Assembly (NCBI GenBank): GCA_049620845.1
Contig: JBMZPN010000001.1
Coordinates: forward strand, 16,664-80,663
Length of the DNA: 64,000 nucleotides
Source of the DNA: Candidatus Puniceispirillum sp.
GTDB taxonomy: Bacteria; Pseudomonadota; Alphaproteobacteria; Puniceispirillales; Puniceispirillaceae
Reading direction: 5' to 3'
Part shown: in pieces, positions 18,832-28,840 of the stretch
How positions within the stretch are numbered: position 1 is the first letter of the stretch
How the letters are laid out: each line of letters starts with the position of its first letter
Made by a program: the position numbers and the translations under genes
Notes under the pieces: generated by a model
What the model was told of the DNA's origin: nothing
Database searches by the model: none
The model's input: the letters and a program-made list of their open reading frames with translations, nothing else

Positions 18832-20031
18832 TTAGCCAAGGAAACTGGACAATTCATCCTCAATAATATCGGCAATGATAGTGCAATCATCCTCATCAAA
18901 TGTCAGAGGAATGCGCATATCAAGCGTATTTGCCAGCACTTTATGGGTGTTGGGCAAATGCGGAATATCATCGATATATTTCCAGCTATCATAGCGGCTG
19001 GTAAAGGCTTTTGGTTCATCATCACCAAACCATTTGAGTTCAGCGCCTCGTGCATTACAGGCGGCGATAAATTCCGGAATCTGCTCACGCGTCAGCGCGT
19101 CAGCCCGAAACTGGATTGATGATCCGACATAGGCTTCTACCTGCTTGCGCTCGGGAATGGACACACCTTGCATCTGGCTAAAGCGCCGATGCAATAGATC
19201 ATATCGCGCATTCCACTGGGCGGCTTTTTCTTCAATATGTGGTAGCTGTGCCCGCAATAATGCTGCGCGCATGTGATCCATACGACCTGAATAGTTTGGC
19301 GAAATGAGTTTGACCTTTTCAAAAACCTCTTCGGCAGGAACGGCGCCATGCCGCCCATACAGCATATAAGAGCCGGATGATACAATCGCCCGCGCGGCAA
19401 TTTCAGGATCATTTGTTGTCCGAAACCCACCTTCGCCCGAATTCATATGCTTATAGGTCTGTGTTGAGAAGGCGGCGACCTTGCCAAAATTACCCGACCG
19501 GACGCCTCGCCATTTTGCCGCCATCGTATGCGCGCAATCTTCGATTAAAGTTATGCCATGAGATTCACAAATTTCGACAACCCGATCCATATCGGCGATA
19601 TGACCGCGCATATGTGATAACAGGAGATATTTTGCACCGCTACTGGCCGCCTTGGCGTCAAGATCGTCCATATCAATGTGATAATTATCGTCAATATCGA
19701 CCAGAATGGGGACACCGCCCACATTATGGATGGCACCTGGTACCGGTGCCAGCGTATAGGCATTGGCCAGCACCTTGTCGCCCGGCTTGACGCCACATAC
19801 GCGCATGGCGAGCTGAATTGCATATCCACCCGAGGTTACCGCGATGCAATAATCAACTTCCTGCCATGTGGCATATTCCTGTTCAAGCAAGCTGGCTTCA
19901 TTATCCTCGCCAGCGACCAGATTATAGCGATGCAGACGGCCACTGCGCATGATTTCGACAGCGCGCGCGATGCCATCTTCGGGAATGGCTTCTTGCTGGG
20001 TGAAAGGTTTGTTAAAGCTGACTTTGGACAT
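18832..20031 (-). CDS. DegT/DnrJ/EryC1/StrS family PLP aminotransferase
   Basis: LIEDCAH, FSTQTYKHMNSGEGG. Confidence 0.9.
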   Translation of the reverse strand: MSKVSFNKPFTQQEAIPEDGIARAVEIMRSGRLHRYNLVAGEDNEASLLEQEYATWQEVDYCIAVTSGGYAIQLAMRVCGVKPGDKVLANAYTLAPVPGAIHNVGGVPILVDIDDNYHIDMDDLDAKAASSGAKYLLLSHMRGHIADMDRVVEICESHGITLIEDCAHTMAAKWRGVRSGNFGKVAAFSTQTYKHMNSGEGGFRTTNDPEIAARAIVSSGSYMLYGRHGAVPAEEVFEKVKLISPNYSGRMDHMRAALLRAQLPHIEEKAAQWNARYDLLHRRFSQMQGVSIPERKQVEAYVGSSIQFRADALTREQIPEFIAACNARGAELKWFGDDEPKAFTSRYDSWKYIDDIPHLPNTHKVLANTLDMRIPLTFDEDDCTIIADIIEDELSSFLG

Positions 20032-20088
20032 GGTAATGATCTTTCATGATGAATTTCACAACCAAATTAGACTAGCTAATGGACGACT

Positions 20089-21249
20089 TCAATTCGATTC
20101 TTGTTTTAGAGAACGCGCAAAGCGTCGCACATCTTCAACCAGCATATCGGGCTGTTCCATTGCCGCAAAATGCCCGCCAGCGGTCATTTCGCTCCAATGG
20201 ATGACATTATACAGGCGGTCAACGTAACTGCGCGGTGGCCATGCCAGCATTTCAGCCGGAAATAGAGCGCATCCGGTTGGCACTTCAACGCGATGACCCT
20301 CGGGGGAAAAGATACGTCCACCCTCTTCACGACGCCCGTAATATATCCATGACGCCGTATGAAAACATCCGGTGGTCAGATAGATCATGATGTTGGTAAG
20401 CAGATCATCCTTGCTATGTACAGCTTCGATATCATTGTCCCTGACATCCGACCAGCTGTTGAATTTTTCAATTATCCATGCGGCGACCCCAACCGGACTA
20501 TCCATCATTGCATAGCCCAGTGTTTGCGGTTTGGTAGCCTGTTGTGTCCGGTATCCGTCCTGCATGATCTGATCGGCATTAAATTGCCTGTCCCATTCAT
20601 ATTCGGTAGGGGTCTGCGGACCATCCGGATGCCGCATGGTCAGGATATTGATATGGATTGCCTGACATGCAGAGGCGTGATCATAGCCAAGCCATGACGA
20701 GATTGCACCGCCCCAGTCACCGCCTTGGGCGATATAGCTGGCATAACCAAGTTTCTCGGTCATCAATATGTTGAAAATTGAGGCCATTTTTCGTGGCCCG
20801 TAAGGGTGAGGTGGCTGGCCTGAAAAGGCAAAACCGGGCAAAGATGGAGCGATCACATCGAAGGCATCTTCAATTTTGCCGCCAAAGCGTTCGGGATGCG
20901 CAAGCGGCTCAATGATATTCTTGAACTCGGCGATTGAACCTGGCCAGCCATGGCTAATCAATAATGGCGTTGGCGCATCGCCGCTTCCCTTTTCATGGAT
21001 GAAATGCAGGTCGATTGAATCGATTTCAACTTTGAAATGCTGAAAGCGGTTGAGTTCTGCTTCGGCTTTGCGCCAGTCATATTCATCGATCCAATAGTCG
21101 CATAATGACTTTAGATAGGCCTTGCTGGTGCCATAGTCCCAGCCACCATCTGCGGGCATGTCATGCCACGGATAAGCGATTACCCGCGTCCTGATATGCT
21201 CAAGAACGTCATCATCCACATGAATTGTGAATGGATGTGGCAAGGTCAT
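20089..21249 (-). CDS. Epoxide hydrolase (microsomal-type alpha/beta hydrolase with EHN domain)
   Basis: YDWRK, HGWPGS, PSLPGF, QGGDWG, DSPVG, GGHFAAMEQP. Confidence 0.92.
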   Translation of the reverse strand: MTLPHPFTIHVDDDVLEHIRTRVIAYPWHDMPADGGWDYGTSKAYLKSLCDYWIDEYDWRKAEAELNRFQHFKVEIDSIDLHFIHEKGSGDAPTPLLISHGWPGSIAEFKNIIEPLAHPERFGGKIEDAFDVIAPSLPGFAFSGQPPHPYGPRKMASIFNILMTEKLGYASYIAQGGDWGGAISSWLGYDHASACQAIHINILTMRHPDGPQTPTEYEWDRQFNADQIMQDGYRTQQATKPQTLGYAMMDSPVGVAAWIIEKFNSWSDVRDNDIEAVHSKDDLLTNIMIYLTTGCFHTASWIYYGRREEGGRIFSPEGHRVEVPTGCALFPAEMLAWPPRSYVDRLYNVIHWSEMTAGGHFAAMEQPDMLVEDVRRFARSLKQESN

Positions 21250-21280
21250 GTCAGTCCTTCATTGCGGTGCTGAACAGCTA

Positions 21281-23209
21281 TTAGCCCTTGCCGCGCCATG
21301 GAATTGTCTTGCTGATAACCCAGCGCATGATGAGGTCAAAAAGCAAACCAAGCATACCAAGCAGAATGATTGTCACCCAGATCAGTTCATAATCCGAAAC
21401 TGTCCGCGCAACATTTTCAATAAAGCCAAGTCCGGTTGTGCCTGCCAGCATTTCAGCCGCAACCAATGTACCCCAGCACACGCCAACAGCGATGCGAATG
21501 CCGGTCAGAATTTCAGGCATAGCATTCGGCAGGATGACATAGCGCATGATCTGCTGGTTTGTGGCACCAAGCGAATGTGACGCCCGGATTTTGGATAGTT
21601 GCGTTCCAGATGCGCCGGTGCGTGCTGAAATCACCATGATGGCAAAAGCCACCATGAATAGCAGGAAGATTTTGCCATCATCCTGAATGCCAAAAATAGT
21701 CAAAATCAAGGGCGCCCATGCCAAAGGTGGTACAGGACGGTAAAGTTCGATCAGCGGATCAAAGAAGGATTTGAAAAACCGCGATACGCCCATGTAAATG
21801 CCCAGAGGCACACCAAGAAGAATGCCCAAGGTCAGAGCCACGATAACGCGGAATAGCGAGTCCCAAATGTGCCCGTCCAGCATGGGGATGGAACCCATAT
21901 AGACATCACCCTGTGCCACGGCCAGCAATTTGTCTTTATAGTTCGGCTTGAATTCGCCAGCGGTACCATGCGTGCCATAGCTTCCGGGCAAAGCATCAAC
22001 CAGTCCATCTGGTATCAGGAAGTCGACAACATCAGCGATTGAAAGCCATTTCCACCACAGTAATGTCGAGCCTTTGTAACCGCCACCAGTTTCCAGATTG
22101 GGGTTCGCCAGTTGGCCAAAAGTTGCAATCACATCGGTTGGTTTAGGTAACCAGCGACCTGGCCCCTGCTCGGTACATAGAGTACGTGATTTGACGATGC
22201 CCTGTCCGGGGAAAAACAGACTTTCAATGATGCTGAGACCACCTTTTGCGCCGTCGACAGCGGTATAGATATTTGCAACAGCATTATGAATACCCTGCAT
22301 TGATTCGGATGGAAAAATAACGCCGTCATCAAGGCGCTTGAAGATACGGTCTATCGCCTTGATATAGGCTTTGCGGGCTTTCTCGCCAGACTCGTCAAGC
22401 GTCATTGATGGATCAGAGGTCTTCAATGTGGCAATTGCGGCCTTGATGCTGGCGACCAGCTTTTGTGCCTCAGGCGACATATTGCGGATGTTCAGGAACT
22501 GATCCGTGATAGGTATAATATCGGCGCTGATTTTATCAAACATAACCCCGCGTGGTGTCATGGGTAGCATGGGAATTTCAACTTCCGAGGTGCCCCATTT
22601 AGGTTGTGCTAATGCGTCAGCATTTGGCGTGGCGCCATTCGGCCCTTCACGTAAAACAGCGGCAAGATCACCCAAAGCGCGCTCAATATCGGCCAGTTCG
22701 GCAATCGCTTCTGGATCAACATAATCCGGATTGGAAAGCGTTGCCATGAGCGCATGCATTTCAGCAAGTACAATATTTATTTCGGACTCTTCTTTGCTGC
22801 TGAAAATACCAGCTGGCATGGCCGCCGCCAGACTATCGACCTGCTGGCCATTACGTACAACCAATGTTGTTGATTTCAGATAGCGCGAACCGATAGGTAG
22901 TGCGGCGCTGATTGATGCCATTGATTCATCAACTTTGGCAATCTGGCATAGCTCATTCGCCGAATTCGGGAAAACCGCGCGTGCTGTGCCCCATGAATAA
23001 TGGAACCATAAAAGCAATAATGCCGATACGCCGCATACAGCCCAGTACCAGCCACCTTTTGTCCGTTCCGGATCACCAAAGACTTCGTCCTTGGCGCGCA
23101 GTTCGGTTTGCCTGCGGCCAACGATGATCGACCATATGAAGCTGACGACCAAAATGATGATCATAAAGAGGGCGATTGTCGCCCGGTTATCTGATAGCCA
23201 CTCAAACAC
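21281..23209 (-). CDS. Taurine/sulfonate-type ABC permease (TauC family) with large N-terminal extension
   Basis: C-terminal core SLFRV...DPLIELYRPVPPLAW...ILPNAMPEILTGIR..WGTLVAAEM; 642 aa in total. Confidence 0.88.
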   Translation of the reverse strand: MFEWLSDNRATIALFMIIILVVSFIWSIIVGRRQTELRAKDEVFGDPERTKGGWYWAVCGVSALLLLWFHYSWGTARAVFPNSANELCQIAKVDESMASISAALPIGSRYLKSTTLVVRNGQQVDSLAAAMPAGIFSSKEESEINIVLAEMHALMATLSNPDYVDPEAIAELADIERALGDLAAVLREGPNGATPNADALAQPKWGTSEVEIPMLPMTPRGVMFDKISADIIPITDQFLNIRNMSPEAQKLVASIKAAIATLKTSDPSMTLDESGEKARKAYIKAIDRIFKRLDDGVIFPSESMQGIHNAVANIYTAVDGAKGGLSIIESLFFPGQGIVKSRTLCTEQGPGRWLPKPTDVIATFGQLANPNLETGGGYKGSTLLWWKWLSIADVVDFLIPDGLVDALPGSYGTHGTAGEFKPNYKDKLLAVAQGDVYMGSIPMLDGHIWDSLFRVIVALTLGILLGVPLGIYMGVSRFFKSFFDPLIELYRPVPPLAWAPLILTIFGIQDDGKIFLLFMVAFAIMVISARTGASGTQLSKIRASHSLGATNQQIMRYVILPNAMPEILTGIRIAVGVCWGTLVAAEMLAGTTGLGFIENVARTVSDYELIWVTIILLGMLGLLFDLIMRWVISKTIPWRGKG

Positions 23210-23999
23210 CGCCCATAATCTCCTCTTCCATATCCCATATCATAGTCAGAATTTCTTCGCGGATCTTGCTGAACTGTTTTTCCTGTTTGATCTCGCGAAG
23301 CGACCGCTTCAGACCCATTTCAGCAAAAGGAAGATTATATTCACGGTGAATGCGGCCTGGCCGTGGCGCCATCACAAAGAGACGTTCGCCTAGCAAAAGT
23401 GCTTCTTCGACCGAATGGGTAATAACGATGATGGTCTTGCCGGTTTTCTTCCATAATTCGAGAATTAGTGACTGCATTTTTTCGCGTGTCAAAGCGTCAA
23501 GCGCACCAAGCGGTTCATCCATCAAAATTAGATCGGGGTCATTTACGAGGCAACGCGCCAAAGCAACGCGTTGCTGCATGCCGCCGGATAACTGATATGT
23601 CGGTGTATCGCCAAATCCCTGCAAACCGACAATATCAAGCCATTTTTCAACTTGAGCGGCGCTTTCTTCGGGATCGGTCTTTTTCATTCGCAGACCGAAA
23701 TCTACATTCTTGGAAACGGTCAGCCATTCAAATAGCGCGCCTTGCTGAAAGACCATACCGCGTTCTGCACCTGGTGCCTCAATCGGTACGCCGCCAAGAT
23801 CCAATTTGCCACTGGTTGGTGTAATGAAGCCGGCGATCATATTCAGCAATGTGGTTTTGCCACAGCCTGACGGCCCCAGAACGGTCAGAATTTCACCGTG
23901 CTTCAAGTCAAATTCGATATCTTTGAGTGCCTCAATTTTAGAACCTGACATCGGATCCCGAAATGTCATACAGAGGTCTTTGCAGTGCAGATCAGCCAT
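23202..23999 (-). CDS. tauB: Taurine-type ABC ATPase
   Basis: [50 protein letters not shown]. Confidence 0.85.
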   Translation of the reverse strand: MADLHCKDLCMTFRDPMSGSKIEALKDIEFDLKHGEILTVLGPSGCGKTTLLNMIAGFITPTSGKLDLGGVPIEAPGAERGMVFQQGALFEWLTVSKNVDFGLRMKKTDPEESAAQVEKWLDIVGLQGFGDTPTYQLSGGMQQRVALARCLVNDPDLILMDEPLGALDALTREKMQSLILELWKKTGKTIIVITHSVEEALLLGERLFVMAPRPGRIHREYNLPFAEMGLKRSLREIKQEKQFSKIREEILTMIWDMEEEIMGGV

Positions 24000-24031
24000 T
24001 TGTCAAAATTCCAACTGGTGTCTAAGTAGCA

Positions 24032-24058
24032 AACAAGGCTCGCGAGGCGAGCCTTGTT
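24032..24058 (-). terminator. Perfect 12-bp stem-loop after the SBP gene
   Basis: AACAAGGCTCGC-GAG-GCGAGCCTTGTT. Confidence 0.6.
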
Positions 24059-24083
24059 CCATGTTTATGTCAACCAAGGTTGT

Positions 24084-25064
24084 TTAGTTAAGAAACTCGC
24101 CAGTAATAACTTTGGCGATTTTCTGATCAACATTCCAAGCGCCAGGCTTTTTGAAGACAAGACCAAGCGACTCAGAAGCAGCGGCTGCGATGCCGTCTTT
24201 GCCGAAATAACCACTCAGCTGTTCGTCAACAGTCGGGAAAACGAAGCCAGCCATCTGGTTTTTGGTTGTGTTGAAGTCCATACCGGCGTCAGCTGCAACT
24301 TTTCTGATTTGCGCGTCAGAAGCTGTCCACGCCTTGTTGGCTTCATCAGTGACTTCAAGGAAAGTACGCAGAAGATCAGGGTTTTCTTTCGCGAATGACT
24401 CGGTCACTGACACAACGTCAAATGAACCGATGCCGGCATCCTTCTTTTCCTGTGATGACATGATTGGTGTGCCAACTTCGCCAGCCGCGGCTGCCGAAGC
24501 ACCACCAAAGATACAAGCCATAGCAACTGAACCGTCAGCCAATGATACAGCGCCATCAGCCGGTGCCTGATCGACGATTGTCATTGTTGAAGTGTCAACA
24601 TCGAGTGCCGCCATCTGCTTGCGGAACGAGAAGTCAGCCATCGTGCTCAACGGCACAGCAACGGTCTTGCCTTCTAGCTCAGACGCGTTGGCAGATGTAA
24701 TGCCAAGGCTGTTATTTACAAAACAGTCATTGGCTTCATAGACAACAGCGATGGAAACCATCTTCAAAGGCGCACCTTGCTGGATCGCTGTTACAAAGGG
24801 TGCCAAGCCCTGTGAATAGGCAATGTCAATATCGCCAGCCAGCATGGCTTCGGTCATCTGGACACCTGTTGAGAAGTCAGTCCAGTTCACGTCAACACCC
24901 ATAGCCTCGTCATAGGCTTTGTCAACTTTTGCAATCTGGTTTGGTGTTGCCCATTCGAGGAAGAAAGCAACATTAACGCTATCAGCAGCGTGTGACACAG
25001 TGGCAGTTGTCAGCGCCATAGCACCAACGGTCATTGCCATTGCAGTTCCAAGAATCTTTTTCAT
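24084..25064 (-). CDS. tauA: Taurine-type ABC substrate-binding protein
   Basis: Signal peptide, FFLEWATPN, YSQGLAPF motifs as in marine alphaproteobacterial TauA; GGGAG RBS. Confidence 0.78.
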   Translation of the reverse strand: MKKILGTAMAMTVGAMALTTATVSHAADSVNVAFFLEWATPNQIAKVDKAYDEAMGVDVNWTDFSTGVQMTEAMLAGDIDIAYSQGLAPFVTAIQQGAPLKMVSIAVVYEANDCFVNNSLGITSANASELEGKTVAVPLSTMADFSFRKQMAALDVDTSTMTIVDQAPADGAVSLADGSVAMACIFGGASAAAAGEVGTPIMSSQEKKDAGIGSFDVVSVTESFAKENPDLLRTFLEVTDEANKAWTASDAQIRKVAADAGMDFNTTKNQMAGFVFPTVDEQLSGYFGKDGIAAAASESLGLVFKKPGAWNVDQKIAKVITGEFLN

Positions 25065-25435
25065 TATAATAGTCTCCCTTTCATATGCATTCATAGCCAA
25101 CCCTTTGGATATGACGCATAAATTAATATTTCACGTCTATAATCTGATAGCCTATTCTGGATTTGCGAAGTTTACAAGCCAACAATATCGGCGATCTTGA
25201 TGATAGCTTATTGTTAGAATTGGATTTTATACTGTTCTAAACACGGCTGAATATGACGCATGTGAAACGAAATCTATTCACAATCATGTGATTTTTGGAG
25301 CCTGCGAATTGTTGGCAGATAATGCCAGCAGCATGTAATGGCCAGTTTGCAGGACATACCTAGCCCATGAATGACAAATATTTTCATCATTCATCCGAGC
25401 GCCTTGATAATGCTTTATGTCGCTATGCTTGCTGT

Positions 25436-26461
25436 CTAGCTTTTGACCAGTGCCTTACTGAGTTCCTTGTCAGAAATATAGCCTTTCACATTGCCTTTAT
25501 CATCGACAACCGAGATCACATGGCGCTTTTCAAGGACACTCGGGATGAGATCTTCCAGAAATGTCTCAAAATGCACCGGTTCGGTTTTGCGCTTGCCAAG
25601 TTTGAAGTCTGCCGCGTTGGCCATGATCGTCTTGGCTCTGAGCACGCGTGATTTATTGACATCGGCAACAAAGGCGGAGACGTAATCGTCAGCAGGCTTG
25701 AGCACAATATCTTCAGGTTTGCCGACTTGTACCAGACGGCCACCATTGAGAATGGCAATTTCGTCGCCAAGGCGTAACGCCTCGTCAAGATCATGCGTTA
25801 TGAAGACAATGGTCTTGCGCATTTCTTTTTGCAGTTCGATCAACTGGCGTTGCATTTCCGAACGTATCAATGGGTCAAGCGCACTAAAGGCCTCGTCCAT
25901 AAGCAGGATATCAGGATCGGTTGTCAGGGCGCGGGCAAGTCCGACACGCTGTTGCATCCCGCCCGATAGCTGATCGGGATATTGATTTTCGAAGCCCTGC
26001 AGGCCAACCAGTTCAATCCGTTTCATCGAAGCTTTATGCCGTTCGGCTTCTTCGATACCCTGCGCCAACAGGCCAAAACCGACATTATCAAGAACCGTCT
26101 TGTGCGGCATCAGACCAAAGCGTTGAAACACCATGCTCATTTTCTTGCGCCGGAATTCCTGAAGCTGAACTTTATCCAGCGTCATAATGTCGGTGCCATC
26201 AACCATGATCTGACCCGCGGTAGGATCAATCAGCCGGTTAATATGCCGGATCAAAGTCGATTTGCCAGACCCGGACAGCCCCATGACGACAAAGGTTTTG
26301 CCAGGCTTGATCGATAGGGACACATTGTCCAGTCCCACCGTATGTCCGGTCTGATCGAGAACATCTTCCTTGGTGGCACCACTTTCGACAAGTGGCATGA
26401 CTGACTGTGGGCTGGGGCCAAAAATCTTGTACACATTCTTGATTTCAACATTACTGCTCAT
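25436..26461 (-). CDS. proV: Glycine betaine/proline-family ABC ATPase
   Basis: [42 protein letters not shown]. Confidence 0.9.
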   Translation of the reverse strand: MSSNVEIKNVYKIFGPSPQSVMPLVESGATKEDVLDQTGHTVGLDNVSLSIKPGKTFVVMGLSGSGKSTLIRHINRLIDPTAGQIMVDGTDIMTLDKVQLQEFRRKKMSMVFQRFGLMPHKTVLDNVGFGLLAQGIEEAERHKASMKRIELVGLQGFENQYPDQLSGGMQQRVGLARALTTDPDILLMDEAFSALDPLIRSEMQRQLIELQKEMRKTIVFITHDLDEALRLGDEIAILNGGRLVQVGKPEDIVLKPADDYVSAFVADVNKSRVLRAKTIMANAADFKLGKRKTEPVHFETFLEDLIPSVLEKRHVISVVDDKGNVKGYISDKELSKALVKS

Positions 26462-26464
26462 AAC

Positions 26465-27478
26465 CTAGGCCTCACCCTTTTTCTTTCCCTGTTGCAGACG
26501 GTCACCATAGGCTTGCGTAATGCGATCCATGACAATGGCCAGCAACACAATGGCAATACCGGCTTCGACGGCACGCCCAACATTAAGCTGTTGCAGACCG
26601 AGCAGAACCTCGTCACCAAGACCCCGCGTGCCGATCATCGAGGCGATGACAACCATGGCCAACGCCATCAAGGTGGTCTGGTTGATGCCCTGCATGATAT
26701 TTGGCAAGGCGAGGGGGATTTGCACCTGAAACAGTTTCAGGCGGGGTGAAGCACCAAAACTCTCGGCCGCTTCGATCACTTCACGATCAACAAGCCGGAT
26801 GCCAAGATCGGTCAGACGGATCAAAGGTGGGGCGGCGTAGATTACGGTTGCAATAATCGCCGGTACGGCACCAAGGCCGAATAGCATAATGCCCGGGATC
26901 AGATAGCAGAAACTCGGGATTGTCTGCATCAGATCAAGTATCGGCAAAACGGCGTTCCGGAAACGCGGATTGCGCGACATGGCAATCGCCACAGGAATAC
27001 CAATGACAACACAGATCAAAATGGAAATGACCATGACGCCAAGCGTCTGCATCGATTTATCCCAGAATTTGGGGCTCAGGAAACCAATGAAAAACATGCA
27101 AACCGTAACTAGCACAGTTGTGCCAATCTTGCGTCCGCTGAGGAAATAGGCAAGCGCCATGGTGAAGATGACGACCAATGGCCACGGCACGGTTGTCAGG
27201 AAATTAGTCAATCCGACAACGATGCCCAGTAAGCCTTCATTAATGGCATCAAACACCCAGCCATAGGATCGAACCAATGCACGGACGCTATCATTGGTCC
27301 AGTTCTGCAAAGGCATATCCATCCAGCGTGGCCAGTCATCCAGCCATTTCAGGTCGGTGAATAATTCGGTCAGGCTTTCGGGTTTGCTTTTTTTGGAAAT
27401 TGAAAAACTATGCGCTATCAGCAGGATGAACCCGATACATGACGCGCTATAAATGATGAGTTTTTTATTCTTTAACAT
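26465..27478 (-). CDS. proW: Glycine betaine/proline-family ABC permease
   Basis: PILDLMQTIPSFCYLIP, PLIRLTDLGIR, GINQT, VVIASMIG. Confidence 0.9.
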   Translation of the reverse strand: MLKNKKLIIYSASCIGFILLIAHSFSISKKSKPESLTELFTDLKWLDDWPRWMDMPLQNWTNDSVRALVRSYGWVFDAINEGLLGIVVGLTNFLTTVPWPLVVIFTMALAYFLSGRKIGTTVLVTVCMFFIGFLSPKFWDKSMQTLGVMVISILICVVIGIPVAIAMSRNPRFRNAVLPILDLMQTIPSFCYLIPGIMLFGLGAVPAIIATVIYAAPPLIRLTDLGIRLVDREVIEAAESFGASPRLKLFQVQIPLALPNIMQGINQTTLMALAMVVIASMIGTRGLGDEVLLGLQQLNVGRAVEAGIAIVLLAIVMDRITQAYGDRLQQGKKKGEA

Positions 27479-27542
27479 AATGATGATGCCCCCGGGGGCT
27501 AGCTTGATGACGGCAAATGCACAGGTGTCATGCTATCTAGCG

Positions 27543-27578
27543 AAAAGAGAAGCGGCCAGATCAAGGTAACCTGGCCGC
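27543..27578 (-). terminator. Stem-loop after the SBP gene
   Basis: GCGGCCAG / CTGGCCGC followed by TTCTCTTTT on the minus strand. Confidence 0.55.
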
Positions 27579-27593
27579 AACTAAATTCATGTT

Positions 27594-28616
27594 TTACAGA
27601 GCTGCTTTGACTTTTGCTGCAACGTCTGCGGGTACCCAGCTTTCCCAATCTTTATTGGTCTTCAGGAAATGTCTGGCTGTCACTTCGGCTTCACCTTCAG
27701 CTTCGCCAAGGTAATGCACGAGCAATTCGCTGACACCTGCAGAGCTGATTGTGTAGTTCTTCAAGAACGCAACAACACCGGCTTCTTCACGATCAAGGCG
27801 GGTGTTAATGCCGACTGGTAATTCCATGCTGGCATAGGCGGTTGCCTTGGTCGGGCGAAGCTTCTCAACACCGTTTTCCTTGATGTCATTCACCACAACC
27901 ATCATTTCGTCCCATGTGTTGCGGTCAAATGCTGGCTCTTCCAGTTTAACCAGGTCAACTGACCCCATCAGCGCGGTTGGCTCCCAGTAATAGGTAAAAA
28001 CAGGCTTGCCTTTTTCAAAGCCACCCTTGATGGCCGCGTCAAGCGCACCAGATGAGCCCGGATCAAAGTTTGTGTAGAATTTATCCAGACCGTAAACATT
28101 ATGCTTCACAAGATTGATTGTGTAGCAGCTCCAGCCAGAAATACAGCTGGTCATGCGGCCTTTTGACGGATCCTCAGGGTCTTTGAACAAGGCGGCGATA
28201 TCTGCGTTAAGCATGTCATCAACGGATTTGAGATTATGTTTTCTGGCGGTTGGGCCATCAACATAGAAACCCTGACCCGAGTCAGGCGTATTGACGCCAA
28301 CCCGACGTACTTTACCGGCCTCTTCATGTGGCTTGAACTGATCGACGATGTTGTCGTACCAGACTTCCATGACCACATCGAGCTGACCTTCATATAGAGC
28401 GGTCATGATAGGCAAGGTTGAACCGGTTGTTACATTCACGTTGCAGCCATAACCTTCTTCAAGAATTGTCGTGGCAATTGCAGAATGCAATTTCGCGCTG
28501 TTCCAATCGAAGTCACCCATTTCGATAGTGCCGCACGCTTGGGCACCGCTCGAGAATGACGCGGCAGCTGCGCCCAGCGCAATTGTTGTTATAGCTGATT
28601 TGAATAATTTTTTCAT
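27594..28616 (-). CDS. Quaternary-amine (betaine/ProX/HisX-like) ABC substrate-binding protein
   Basis: DWNSA, GYGC, EVW, CISGWSC, YYWEPT; AGGAGG RBS. Confidence 0.85.
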   Translation of the reverse strand: MKKLFKSAITTIALGAAAASFSSGAQACGTIEMGDFDWNSAKLHSAIATTILEEGYGCNVNVTTGSTLPIMTALYEGQLDVVMEVWYDNIVDQFKPHEEAGKVRRVGVNTPDSGQGFYVDGPTARKHNLKSVDDMLNADIAALFKDPEDPSKGRMTSCISGWSCYTINLVKHNVYGLDKFYTNFDPGSSGALDAAIKGGFEKGKPVFTYYWEPTALMGSVDLVKLEEPAFDRNTWDEMMVVVNDIKENGVEKLRPTKATAYASMELPVGINTRLDREEAGVVAFLKNYTISSAGVSELLVHYLGEAEGEAEVTARHFLKTNKDWESWVPADVAAKVKAAL

Positions 28617-28840
28617 AATGTCCTCCTGTTGACTATCATATCATGAGTATATGTAAGGTTAATTCAACATGTTTTCTGATTTTCATGTGACTTTTTTCCA
28701 AGCAAGTCATACAAATGATCCAGTAATTGGGCTGAATTTCAGAATGTGATATAAAATCATCTCCAGCTTTAGCCAAATTTGTAACCCGCCATTGGCGGGG
28801 TCTGTTTTATGTAATGTTTAAGGGCGTATTTAGGGGGTAG

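Noticed and set aside
25214-25241. Irr/ICE-like box upstream of tauA, and a similar dyad at 45894-45917
   Set aside because: Only one half-site matches or the spacing is wrong for TTTAGAA-N3-TTCTAAA, and the background is A/T-rich.
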